Source: an uncultured virus (IMG/VR IMGVR_UViG_3300023180_000023)
Taxonomy: Duplodnaviria; Heunggongvirae; Uroviricota; Caudoviricetes
Strand: one strand, 5' to 3'
Length of the DNA: 64,000 nt
Virus record (IMG/VR): IMGVR_UViG_3300023180_000023
Position numbers and translations under genes: made by a program. The notes under the pieces are model-generated. The model saw only the letters and a program-made list of their open reading frames with translations, had not been told where the DNA came from and did not search any database. This document shows, piece after piece, positions 7,443 to 16,707 of this stretch. Each line of letters starts with the position of its first letter. Positions within the stretch are counted from its first letter, which is position 1.

Positions 7443-7519
7443 TGGCGTCTCAGGAGGGACTTGAACCCCCGACCAACTGCTTAGAAGGCAGATGCTCTAT
7501 CCAACTGAGCTACTGAGAC
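7443..7519 (-). tRNA. tRNA-Arg(TCT), CCA encoded
   Basis: GTCTCAGTAGCTCAGTTGGATAGAGCATCTGCCTTCTAAGCAG...TGAGACGCCA. Confidence 0.95.
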
Positions 7520-7533
7520 AGGAAAGGTGGGAC

Positions 7534-8154
7534 TTATGCCCACACAAGTTTCTTAGTATAATCGTAAGCATAGTGCTCACGATATCCTTTAATACCCCAA
7601 CCTAACCAGTAATATGCAGCAACCATATACTGACTAACAGGTCTACCATGACCCTCAAACTCTGGAAGAACCTTTTGGAAATTGTATTCGTTAATCAGGT
7701 ATGCTGTCTGACCCTCAAGTGTAGAGGGATCATAACCATACTTTTTAGAGAAACGACCTAACCCCAAATAACGGTTCGTAGAGGTCCACTGAATGAGTCC
7801 GTAACCACCGCTATAGCAACGATCGTAAGGAACTCTAGCACCTCCTTCGCAAATATTGGGATGGAAGTTGCTTTCAGATTTAATGTTTCCCATGATCGTT
7901 GCCAAGGCATTGCGATCAGAGATGTTTGTTTTTTGTTGAAGTTTTTCAAGGACGTATTGTTCATTGTAATTGCACCCTGGGCACTTCCAGGACTTCTCTA
8001 CCACTTCAATAGGAGTAACTTTTGGTTCTTCCTTCTTAACTTCTACTACAGGTGTAATAGGAGCAGGTGGTGCTGCAATCTCACTGAGTGTGGGGTAAGC
8101 ACAAGCAGCAGGAATGACAGTCAAAAGAGGCAGAACAAACAATTGTCTTAGCAT
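7534..8154 (-). CDS. Phage tail-lysozyme-like muramidase with putative lipoprotein signal
   Basis: ATIMGNIKSESNF and GYGLIQWT motifs; hydrophobic N-terminus ending IPAAC. Confidence 0.75.
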   Translation of the reverse strand: MLRQLFVLPLLTVIPAACAYPTLSEIAAPPAPITPVVEVKKEEPKVTPIEVVEKSWKCPGCNYNEQYVLEKLQQKTNISDRNALATIMGNIKSESNFHPNICEGGARVPYDRCYSGGYGLIQWTSTNRYLGLGRFSKKYGYDPSTLEGQTAYLINEYNFQKVLPEFEGHGRPVSQYMVAAYYWLGWGIKGYREHYAYDYTKKLVWA

Positions 8155-8185
8155 GAAAAAAATAGAACTCTACATTCACCTCTCG

Positions 8186-8617
8186 CTAAAGCGATGGTGA
8201 TTCAAAGTAATCCTTGCGGTAATAACGACCGAGGATGTTGCTATTATAGTAGGCAGGAGTGCCATTTGTCAAGCCCTCTACCAAAACGTTGTTTAGGAAC
8301 AACTGACGGGTCTCTTCGTAATTGCATTTACCTAGAGTGGTATGCAAACTTAAGATTTCCCTTTTGAAGTTTTGTTTACCAAACTCCTTAATGTCTTCTT
8401 TTAATTCTGGGCAAGAACCATAATACTTTTTCCAGTCAGATTCTTGCCTTTGCCTTCGCTTTTCTCCTTTCTTTTTCCTAAAAGACCAGAAGTATTTTCT
8501 TCCTATGTATCTTCTGCTATTAACAGTATTAGTTATTAAGTATACAAAACCATAATAACCATTGATACTATCGGAATCAAATACTTCACCTTCATACCAC
8601 CATGGATTATCGTACAT
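8186..8617 (-). CDS. GIY-YIG endonuclease (EndoII/DenA-like position beside nrdB)
   Basis: GFVYLITN...YIGRK...YYGS...YNSNI. Confidence 0.85.
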   Translation of the reverse strand: MYDNPWWYEGEVFDSDSINGYYGFVYLITNTVNSRRYIGRKYFWSFRKKKGEKRRQRQESDWKKYYGSCPELKEDIKEFGKQNFKREILSLHTTLGKCNYEETRQLFLNNVLVEGLTNGTPAYYNSNILGRYYRKDYFESPSL

Positions 8618-8635
8618 ACACAAGACATCACTGTC

Positions 8636-8794
8636 TTATATATCAACTCCACGGATCTGGTATTTCAATTTTAGTGCTTGGAGTTGGAATGCTTGCCCCA
8701 AGGTCTGTGGACCCAGTTTTAATAGAGTCCACTCCCTGTCTGACAGATTTGGATCTGCCAATGCTCTCATCTTCCAAGGTGCTGGATTTGTCAC
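8636..8794 (-). CDS. Small hypothetical protein (52 aa)
   Basis: GTG start overlapping the nrdB stop: MTNPAPWKMRALADPNLSDREWTLLKLGPQTLGQAFQLQALKLKYQIRGVDI. Confidence 0.6.
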   Translation of the reverse strand: MTNPAPWKMRALADPNLSDREWTLLKLGPQTLGQAFQLQALKLKYQIRGVDI

Positions 8795-9960
8795 AGCGAA
8801 AAACCAGCGAAAGTATTTTCTGTAACATCCTGCTTGATACCACCACTAATGTAACTTTCAACTTCTGTTTCTTGAGGAGCAACTTGAAGACCTTTAGATG
8901 AAATCCAATGCTCAGTCCAAGGAAGAGGATTGTTCTTGGCGGGGATATCATACTCTGGTTTGAGACCAATCGCTTTCATACGACGGTTTGCAATCCACTC
9001 CACATAATTGTAGAGAAGTTTGTCATTCAAACCAATCATAGAACCATCTTTAAACAGATACTGTGCCCATGTCTTTTCCTCATCGACACAGCGTTTAAAC
9101 ATCTGTCTAACTACTGGTTCCTCTTCCCTAGCAATTTCTTGCATCTCTGGGTCATCTCCTTCACGCCATTTGTTGAGGATGTTTTGAGTAAGGACAAGAT
9201 GCTGGCTTTCGTCTCTGGCGATGAGAGAGATAATTTTAGCGGATCCCTCCATAAGTTTGAGTTCACCAAACGCAAACGAGCAAGCAAACGAGACATAGAA
9301 TCGAATTCCTTCCAGGATGTTGACATTAGCAACTGCTCTGTAGAGTTTACGCTTCAGAGCATAGCGTTCAGATAGACCGAGGTCAACCCCATCGTTAGCA
9401 AACTCCCACAAACTCCCATTACCATACTCTTGTGCAGAGTGAATAAAGTCGTTGTAAGATTCAGTTACAGAAGAGGCACGAGATAGAATCTTCTCGTCAT
9501 CAAGAATTGTATCAAATACTTCAGACGGATCTGAATATACATTCTTAATGATATATGTATATGAACGAGAGTGGATCATCTCCATAAACTCCCACACAGT
9601 CATAGCAGATTCAAGTTCTGGAAGTGAACAGTATGGAACAAATGCCATACCAGGACCACGACCTTGAACAGAGTCCAGCATGATCTGATATTTCAGATTA
9701 GAAGTAAAGATATGCTTCTGCTCTGGACGAAGAGTTTGATAATCTCCACGATCTTTCTGGAGGGAGACCTCCTCAGGTCTCCAAAAGTATCCCAATTGTT
9801 GTTGTGTAAGTTTTTCAAAGACGGGGTACTTTGCCCCGTCATATCTCTGAACTCCCAGTGGTTGCCCAAAAAACATTGGTTGCTTTTTAGTATCTACTTT
9901 GTTGGTATTAAATACCGTCATACCTTTGATTTTCTTTGGTTCAGATTTTACAAGATTCAC
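8791..9960 (-). CDS. nrdB: Ribonucleotide reductase class Ia beta subunit
   Basis: FWRPEEVSL, EMIHSRSY, EGIRFYVSF, RDESQH, VAPQETE. Confidence 0.97.
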   Translation of the reverse strand: MNLVKSEPKKIKGMTVFNTNKVDTKKQPMFFGQPLGVQRYDGAKYPVFEKLTQQQLGYFWRPEEVSLQKDRGDYQTLRPEQKHIFTSNLKYQIMLDSVQGRGPGMAFVPYCSLPELESAMTVWEFMEMIHSRSYTYIIKNVYSDPSEVFDTILDDEKILSRASSVTESYNDFIHSAQEYGNGSLWEFANDGVDLGLSERYALKRKLYRAVANVNILEGIRFYVSFACSFAFGELKLMEGSAKIISLIARDESQHLVLTQNILNKWREGDDPEMQEIAREEEPVVRQMFKRCVDEEKTWAQYLFKDGSMIGLNDKLLYNYVEWIANRRMKAIGLKPEYDIPAKNNPLPWTEHWISSKGLQVAPQETEVESYISGGIKQDVTENTFAGFSL

Positions 9961-12235
9961 AGTCGTCCTCCTCTTCTGCAATTGACATGAGTTGCTCTAA
10001 TTGATTGCGCTTTTCTTCTAATTCCTCTTCTCCTTTTCCATCATAGGTGTTCTGGTAATAAGATGTTTTCCAACCGTATTTGTATGTAGTCAGTAGATCT
10101 TGTGCCCATACTGAGATAGGAATTTCCTTATTAGGATAGTTCTCAGGATTGTAAGACCAGTTGCCAGAGATTGCTTGGTCAAAGAACTTCTGCATCACCG
10201 CCAAGATCTTAATATATCCTTCATTGGATTCCATATCCCAGAGAAGAGTGTAATTATTCTTAAGCGAAGAGTACTGAGGTACGACTTGCTTAAGGGTTCC
10301 CTTCTTGCTCTTCTTAACGGACAGATATCCTCTAGGGGGTTCAACTCCATTTGTGGCATTTGACACAACGGAACTGCTCTCCGATGGCATCTGTGCGGAC
10401 AACGTTGAATGTCGTAGTCCATGTACTTGGATCTCGGTACGTAGAGTTTCCCAATCATAATTGTACTCAGGTACTACCAGTTCATCAACGTCCTTTTTGT
10501 ATGTATCAATTGGAAGGATTCCGTCATAATACTTGGTACGATGGAATGCTTCACATGGACCTTTCTCTTTAGCAAGTTGATTGGATGCCTTCAACAGATA
10601 ATACTGGAATGCCTCACTAAGATCATGAACCAATTTCAAAGCACCAGGATCATCATAATGTTCTCCATGGCGTGCCAAATAATGAGCAAGACCGATGAAA
10701 CCCACTCCAAGCGATCTACGTGCCCTTGTAGCACGTTCTGCTGCCCTTACAGGGTATCCCTGATAGTCGATCAACTCTTCCAAGGCACGAACGGAAAGAT
10801 CGCAAAGTTCTTCCATTTCCTCTAGTTTGTGAATCTTACCTACGTTAATAGCAGAAAGAATACACAAAGCAATCTCGCCACCCTCATCATCAATGTGTCG
10901 AATGGGATCTGTAGGTAGGGTAATCTCCTGGCAAAGGTTAGACATACTCACCTTATCCTTAAAGGAAGAATGAGTATTGCAGTGGTCGATGTTCATGATG
11001 TAGATACGACCCATCTCTGCCCTCTCCTTCAGCAGATTCAAAATCAATTCTTGAGCACCAATGGTTTTCCTAGGGACCTTCGTGTCTCCTTCGTACTTTC
11101 TATAAAGGTTATCAAACTCAGGAGTGCCGAAAGCATCATAAAGCCCAGGCACATCGTGAGGACTAAAGAGAGTAATGTTCTCGTTAGCAATAAACCGTTC
11201 GTAGAATAGTTTAGAAATCTGGATGGAGTAGTCAAGTTTGCGGACACGGTTGTCTTCAGTACCTTTATTGTTCTTTAGAACGATGATGTCTTCGATTTCT
11301 TGGTGCCAGATTGGGAAGTGGACAGTTGCTGATCCACCTCGGATGCCATTTTGAGTGCAGCATTTGACAGTTGCTTCAAACTTTTTGAGGAAAGGGATAA
11401 CACCTGTGTGCTGAACTTCTCCACCTCGGATCTTACTGTTGATGCCACGGATTCTGCCTGCGTTGATGCCGATTCCCGCCCTTTGTGCAACGTATTTGCC
11501 AATTGCCATATCAGAGCTAAAGATAGAATCGAGGGTGTCATCAACGTCAACAAGAACACAGCTAGCAAATTGTCGAAGTGGAGTTCGCACTCCCGCCATG
11601 ATAGGTGTGGGAATGTTGATTTTGTGTTTTGAGATTGCATTGTAGTATCTACGGATGTAAGACAGACGAACGTCTTTATCATAGTTAGCAAAGATCGTCA
11701 CTGCAATCATCATGTACATGAATTGTGGTGTTTCATATACTTGCCCAGTGTTACGATCCTGAACCAAATACTTATCAACTACCTGGCGAAGACCAGCATA
11801 TGTAAACAAGAAGTCACGATCATGATCAACCCACTCACCAATGGTATTAAGTTCTTCTTCTGTATAGTTATTAAGAACTTCAGAGTCATAAACTCCCCAT
11901 TCAATACAACGAATGATTTGAGCATAGAATGAAGGATGGTCCCAACAAAGACCATAAATTTGCTTACGAATCCCAAACAAGAGGAGTCGTGCAGCAACGT
12001 ATTGATAATTAGGATTCTCCAAAGAGATCAAATCAGCAGCAGATCTTACAAGAATCTTTTGGATTTCATCTGTAGTAATCCCATCATAAAATTGAATTCC
12101 AGATTGGATTTCTACTTGACTTGCAGAAACCCCTGAGAGACCGTCACAAGCGGCGTCAACCATCTTGTGCATCTTGTCAAGATCAATTGCTTCAACTGTG
12201 CCGTTTCTTTTCTTTACTTGAATGCCGTTGCTCAT
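9941..12235 (-). CDS. nrdA: Ribonucleotide reductase class Ia alpha subunit
   Basis: ATP cone, QFASCVL, SNLCQEI, MPSESSS, C-terminal CESCKI. Confidence 0.98.
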   Translation of the reverse strand: MSNGIQVKKRNGTVEAIDLDKMHKMVDAACDGLSGVSASQVEIQSGIQFYDGITTDEIQKILVRSAADLISLENPNYQYVAARLLLFGIRKQIYGLCWDHPSFYAQIIRCIEWGVYDSEVLNNYTEEELNTIGEWVDHDRDFLFTYAGLRQVVDKYLVQDRNTGQVYETPQFMYMMIAVTIFANYDKDVRLSYIRRYYNAISKHKINIPTPIMAGVRTPLRQFASCVLVDVDDTLDSIFSSDMAIGKYVAQRAGIGINAGRIRGINSKIRGGEVQHTGVIPFLKKFEATVKCCTQNGIRGGSATVHFPIWHQEIEDIIVLKNNKGTEDNRVRKLDYSIQISKLFYERFIANENITLFSPHDVPGLYDAFGTPEFDNLYRKYEGDTKVPRKTIGAQELILNLLKERAEMGRIYIMNIDHCNTHSSFKDKVSMSNLCQEITLPTDPIRHIDDEGGEIALCILSAINVGKIHKLEEMEELCDLSVRALEELIDYQGYPVRAAERATRARRSLGVGFIGLAHYLARHGEHYDDPGALKLVHDLSEAFQYYLLKASNQLAKEKGPCEAFHRTKYYDGILPIDTYKKDVDELVVPEYNYDWETLRTEIQVHGLRHSTLSAQMPSESSSVVSNATNGVEPPRGYLSVKKSKKGTLKQVVPQYSSLKNNYTLLWDMESNEGYIKILAVMQKFFDQAISGNWSYNPENYPNKEIPISVWAQDLLTTYKYGWKTSYYQNTYDGKGEEELEEKRNQLEQLMSIAEEEDDCESCKI

Positions 12236-13212
12236 ACCTTTTTCCACTGTGTAAATTTGAGAGTTGCTTCTAGTCCTTGGTAGGTGTTCGATTCTACCAT
12301 ACTTTGAACGTCATGTCCAGCAAGAACCATGTCGTTCAGATCTTTTTGAGTTACAGAAGATGGAAATATTACCACCTTGTATCCCTCTTGGATGGTCTTA
12401 TTAATTTTAGAACAGATTTCTCTGTTTCTCGGTTCGTTGTCGTAGACGAATACGTGTCGATTATCAAAATTGCTGTTGTTAACATCGCTACCGCACATAG
12501 CAATAGCATTCCGCAAGAAATGGGAGTCGAAGGGTCCTTCGGTGACATAGATGGTCTGCTCTTGGTTTACTTTGTCCATACCATACAGTTTAAGTTTATC
12601 CTCGTCAAGCATCACTGTAATATAACGTATTTGCGCTTGAGGATACAAAGATCTACCCTGGTATCCAAAGACACCATCTTTATCCCGAAGAGGAATAATT
12701 ATTCTTGACTCATCATACCTTGCATCTTTGAAAACTTTCTTATGTTTGTTTGTCCATTCTTTAAATTTCGGGCAGAAATAGAATGGTTCAGTTGGTAACT
12801 TGCGTGCTTCAAGGAACCGACGAGCGATGTGTGTTTTATTTAGATCTGAGATCTTTTGCAGGTCTGAGAATATGTCGATTTGGAAACGTGGTGGTTCAAA
12901 CTTAAATTTTGGTAGTGGAATTTTAGTTCCCTTACCAGTAGAACCTTCCTTGTATGCTTCCAGAACATACTCACCATACAACTGAGCATCATGATCTTTC
13001 AGAAAGTTTGGTAATGTCCTTCCTACTCCACAGTTGTGGCATTTAAAGATGTAAGAACCCTTCTTCTGAAAGAAATAACCCCTAGCACGATTCTTGTTCT
13101 TTTGAGAATCGCCACAATAGGGGCATCTGAAATTGTATGTATTCTCGGACTTTTTAAACTTCTCTAAACGTAGAGAAACCAGGGAGATGTACTTCCTGTC
13201 GAGATGCAACAT
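12232..13212 (-). CDS. gp61: DNA primase
   Basis: CPYCGDS...CHNCG zinc finger, TOPRIM EGPFDS, YDNEPRN, KDLNDM. Confidence 0.95.
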   Translation of the reverse strand: MLHLDRKYISLVSLRLEKFKKSENTYNFRCPYCGDSQKNKNRARGYFFQKKGSYIFKCHNCGVGRTLPNFLKDHDAQLYGEYVLEAYKEGSTGKGTKIPLPKFKFEPPRFQIDIFSDLQKISDLNKTHIARRFLEARKLPTEPFYFCPKFKEWTNKHKKVFKDARYDESRIIIPLRDKDGVFGYQGRSLYPQAQIRYITVMLDEDKLKLYGMDKVNQEQTIYVTEGPFDSHFLRNAIAMCGSDVNNSNFDNRHVFVYDNEPRNREICSKINKTIQEGYKVVIFPSSVTQKDLNDMVLAGHDVQSMVESNTYQGLEATLKFTQWKKV

Positions 13213-13630
13213 AATCAAAAGACGTTTTATCAATACTAACAGAGGAACCCACAGGTGTCAACAGTTTGATAATAGGAGGGACCACTTGTAACACTGCCAC
13301 AAGGGTAGCAAGAACAGCACCAGCACCAATGACAAACTTAGCATTGGTATCTACTCTCTTCTGCAACTGAGAAACTCTCTGGTGCATTACTTCGTGGTCC
13401 TTATCCACCTTGGTTTTCAGATCCTCAATCATTTTGATGATGAGTTTATCTGATTTTTCACTGTCTTCTAAGCGTCCTTCATGGCGCTCTAAGATTATAG
13501 CAATCTTATTGCTATTGTCAGAGATGGTTCCAACTGCTCTTTCAAGTTTGTCAAGCATCTCTTTGGAGAGATCTTCATAAATGTCCAGTTTACTTTCTAA
13601 AACTGCTAATTTACCAAGACCAAACGCCAT
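13154..13630 (-). CDS. Hypothetical coiled-coil protein with C-terminal TM helix
   Basis: ORF track; FVIGAGAVLATLVAVL. Confidence 0.7.
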   Translation of the reverse strand: MAFGLGKLAVLESKLDIYEDLSKEMLDKLERAVGTISDNSNKIAIILERHEGRLEDSEKSDKLIIKMIEDLKTKVDKDHEVMHQRVSQLQKRVDTNAKFVIGAGAVLATLVAVLQVVPPIIKLLTPVGSSVSIDKTSFDYVASRQEVHLPGFSTFREV

Positions 13631-14247
13631 TAGAGGGTCTCCACAAACTCCGCTGCTCTGTCGAAGTTTTCTGAGATCATATCAGTAAACTTATCTTGAT
13701 TAGATTCACTCATTTCCATCCAAGTAAAAAGAAACTTTTCCTTTTGCTCTGGCGAAAGAGTTGCAAACTGTTCATTAAGTTCAGTAAATGCACCTTCCCA
13801 GTCAAAAGAATTGTTCTGCTGCTTTCTTTCGGAAGATGCTTTACTTACATCCTTAGCAACTTGCTGTTGGCGAGCACCTGCTTTCTTTGCATAGTCCTTT
13901 GCCTTTGCTTTAGATAATGCTTGAATCTCTTGCTTGCGATTTGCAGCACGCTTCTCACGCTCTTGCTTCTTTTGCAGTTTGCGTTTTGTCTGAATCATAC
14001 GCATTGCTGCGGATACTTCAGTATTTTTATTATCTTCTTCGTGAATGACAGTTTGGTCTTCCATGGTTTCTTCTTTTAATCTAGCGTTTCTAATCCTTTG
14101 AAAAATATCGGTTTTGAACTTGCGCTTCCGTTTCCTAACAGGGGGTGAGTCAGGGGGAAGACCAGCAATCGCACCAGAAGATGCATTGTTGGTAGGAACT
14201 TCCTCAGTATATACTCTACCATTCATTTTTAGAGTTAACACCTTCAT
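13630..14247 (-). CDS. Hypothetical protein
   Basis: EEVPTNNASSGAIAGLPPDSPPVRKRK motif; ATGA-coupled start. Confidence 0.7.
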   Translation of the reverse strand: MKVLTLKMNGRVYTEEVPTNNASSGAIAGLPPDSPPVRKRKRKFKTDIFQRIRNARLKEETMEDQTVIHEEDNKNTEVSAAMRMIQTKRKLQKKQEREKRAANRKQEIQALSKAKAKDYAKKAGARQQQVAKDVSKASSERKQQNNSFDWEGAFTELNEQFATLSPEQKEKFLFTWMEMSESNQDKFTDMISENFDRAAEFVETL

Positions 14248-14606
14248 AGTTTTTGAAGTTCCTGAATACAAAATTGATCGATTTGAATCGTATCATTATT
14301 TATTTGCGGATATCGATTCAAGTAAATCATAAAACTTTTTAGAACTGTCCAATACTCACTAGAAATTTTATAGAAAAGTAATGGAGTTGCCGCTTCACCA
14401 AAAACATTATAAATGATAATCATATGATTTAATATCAAGTGTAGTTTGAGGTTGCCCGTCTTTAAATAAGTTTTGAGCAACCTCTTTAGATACTTAAATC
14501 TTTTAAGATCATCGTAGAAGTCATCCTTAGTTACTGCCTGAGGATTATCATAATGTTTAATTGCAAAGAAGAGGTAGTTATCCTCATTCAATTCAGTAAA
14601 CTTCAT
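14244..14606 (-). CDS. Conserved T4-like hypothetical protein
   Basis: FAIKHYDNP...DLKRFKYLKRL...LILNH..YNVFG. Confidence 0.8.
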   Translation of the reverse strand: MKFTELNEDNYLFFAIKHYDNPQAVTKDDFYDDLKRFKYLKRLLKTYLKTGNLKLHLILNHMIIIYNVFGEAATPLLFYKISSEYWTVLKSFMIYLNRYPQINNDTIQIDQFCIQELQKL

Positions 14607-14612
14607 AGATTA

Positions 14613-15191
14613 TCATGCAATAGTGAGAGTAAGGTCATCACCAGAACCACCTGCACCCAGGATATTGGTGTAAGTAAGTTCAGATGCAACAGAGGTGCCC
14701 TTATCAAAGATAGTACCACCGTTCAGATCAATTGGCAATCCAGGCAGTGACAGATCTTCTGCTTGTGAAGGAACAGTGAAGTCAAACTCAAGACGGTTTG
14801 ATCCAGTTCCACGTGCATATGCTGCATTGATGTTACCAGTTACACTACCAACAAGGGTAAATTGTGGTGTTCCAGTAACGTCAACTTGCTCGTTGTAGAC
14901 AACAACAACGGTTCCAGTATCGCCCTGTGCCAGTGCTTCTTGCTCAAAGAATACAGCAGTGATGTCTGCCTCTCCAAGAGCAGCAGCAGGATCAGTTCCA
15001 CCAGCAAGACCACCAATCGCTACCAGGACTTCATCCCAGTAACGTGCAGTATTCTTATCAGCACCCTTGTAGTGACGCAGAACCCATCCTTGCTCTGTTG
15101 CAAAGCAATCTTCAGCAAGACCTACCTTGTTTACATTATCTAACCACTTTGGTTTTGATTCGTCAGTTTCTGTTTTTCCCCAGAGAGGCAT
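14613..15191 (-). CDS. Putative virion structural protein
   Basis: MPLWG N-terminus, Ig-like GTGSNRLEFDFTV; TATAAATA upstream. Confidence 0.65.
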   Translation of the reverse strand: MPLWGKTETDESKPKWLDNVNKVGLAEDCFATEQGWVLRHYKGADKNTARYWDEVLVAIGGLAGGTDPAAALGEADITAVFFEQEALAQGDTGTVVVVYNEQVDVTGTPQFTLVGSVTGNINAAYARGTGSNRLEFDFTVPSQAEDLSLPGLPIDLNGGTIFDKGTSVASELTYTNILGAGGSGDDLTLTIA

Positions 15192-15240
15192 CGTTAAACT
15201 CCTGTATAATACTATTTGATTGCGTATAAAGATATTTATA

Positions 15241-15263
15241 AAAAAAGGAGGGTTACCCCTCCT
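15241..15263 (-). terminator. Rho-independent terminator followed by late promoter
   Basis: AGGAGGGG-taa-CCCTCCTTTTTT then TATAAATA. Confidence 0.7.
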
Positions 15264-15269
15264 GGTAGA

Positions 15270-15464
15270 TTATCGTTTGGGAGGGAATAGTGCTTTCTCT
15301 AATTCCGCTACCAAACGATCATCAATTTTATTGTCAGTTCTTGATACTGCCTTTTTGGCAAGTTCAAGCATGAATCTCTTGATGAGATCATCAAGGTTGT
15401 CGGGGATTGCATCAACTGCAGCGTTGATGATTTTGATTGCAAGTGGTACTAAAAAGTTTGCCAT
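15270..15464 (-). CDS. Hypothetical protein
   Basis: ORF track; RTDNKIDDRLV. Confidence 0.65.
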   Translation of the reverse strand: MANFLVPLAIKIINAAVDAIPDNLDDLIKRFMLELAKKAVSRTDNKIDDRLVAELEKALFPPKR

Positions 15465-15492
15465 GATTAAAACAGCAAGGTCAAATTATATA

Positions 15493-16707
15493 TCACTTTT
15501 TAGCGTTTTTATTGGCAGTAGCATACATGACTTGCTTCGCCTTGTCACCATAACGTGCCTTAAGGTCACCCATATTCTTCTTCATGCCCTTGACAATATC
15601 TTCTTTCTTCTCTTTGTCAACTTCTTCGTTGACACCATCTTGATACTTACGACGCTTGACTTTAGATGCTTTCTTTGCAAGGCATTTCTCACATCCACAA
15701 TCTTCGCCTGAGCATGTTTCACACTCTTCTTTCATGTTGTTAGCACCTTTCAGTTTCTTATTCTTATCAAAGACACTCTCAGGATCAGTAGCATCTTCAA
15801 TCTGAGGATTAACTACTACACCCTTAACATCCTTCTCAAGAAGTTCAGTTCTCCAATCAGAGTACTCTTCCTTCTTAGTTCCTTTCTTTGCTTTAATTGC
15901 AGCAGAGACCGTAGCACGTCTCTTGAGAAGATAAGAATCAGATGCGTCCTTGTCACCGTCATTATCTACATCACCATCTTCTTTACCAACGGGATCCAGT
16001 TTCTTCTTCTCTTCAATCATTTCACCTTCTGCCTCAAATCCTGCCTTGACACAGTTATCAACAGTTTTACCACCCTTTTGTTTGGTGCCAGCAAGTTTGT
16101 ATCCTTTCCAACATGCCTTACCATCAAGACCCTTTGCCTTACCTTCACTGATGATTTCAATGTATTGAACTGCAAGATCCTTCATACGCTCAGTGCCAAA
16201 CTGAGCATCAATTGCTTCAATCAGTTCTTCATCTGTCGAATTCTCTACAATAATTCTATCAACTTTAGATGCAATCTCTCTTTGCTCAGAGACATTCAAT
16301 CCAAGCATCCACGCTGATAATTCTACAGTGGTATTCATCTTCTCTTCTTTAATCGGTTTAGTTTTATTTATACGCTGCTTAACTTCGGAAGGTTTCTTCA
16401 ACATGTCATAATCAGATCCAGGTGCCATGTCAGATGCTAACTTACGATACGCATCAGTTCCAACTAAACGTTGATCAGAACTAACAGTAGATCCTGATTT
16501 GTTCCACTGTTTATATTCTTTAATATCAGTCACCCAAGACCTAAACATTGTACCTTCTTCTGTAATAGCAATAACATAGTTAGGACCACGACGATGTACT
16601 TTCCCAACTACACCTTCACCATTCTGCACATACGAACCAACCTCATACAGGTTTCCATGCCTGTATGAGGTCTTTGTTGCATTTGAACTAAACTGTGAGA
16701 ATTTCAT
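15493..16707 (-). CDS. Mosaic hypothetical protein (possible internal head protein)
   Basis: Short modules RRGPNYVI, ACWKGYK...NCVK, LDPVGKEDGDVDNDG, VMYATA separated by xxE-rich linkers. Confidence 0.7.
   Translation of the reverse strand: MKFSQFSSNATKTSYRHGNLYEVGSYVQNGEGVVGKVHRRGPNYVIAITEEGTMFRSWVTDIKEYKQWNKSGSTVSSDQRLVGTDAYRKLASDMAPGSDYDMLKKPSEVKQRINKTKPIKEEKMNTTVELSAWMLGLNVSEQREIASKVDRIIVENSTDEELIEAIDAQFGTERMKDLAVQYIEIISEGKAKGLDGKACWKGYKLAGTKQKGGKTVDNCVKAGFEAEGEMIEEKKKLDPVGKEDGDVDNDGDKDASDSYLLKRRATVSAAIKAKKGTKKEEYSDWRTELLEKDVKGVVVNPQIEDATDPESVFDKNKKLKGANNMKEECETCSGEDCGCEKCLAKKASKVKRRKYQDGVNEEVDKEKKEDIVKGMKKNMGDLKARYGDKAKQVMYATANKNAKK

Noticed and set aside
8643..8969. 108-aa ORF overlapping the nrdB end
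   Set aside because: The coupled GTG-start frame 8636..8794 is the better candidate; this one overlaps nrdB by about 180 nt.
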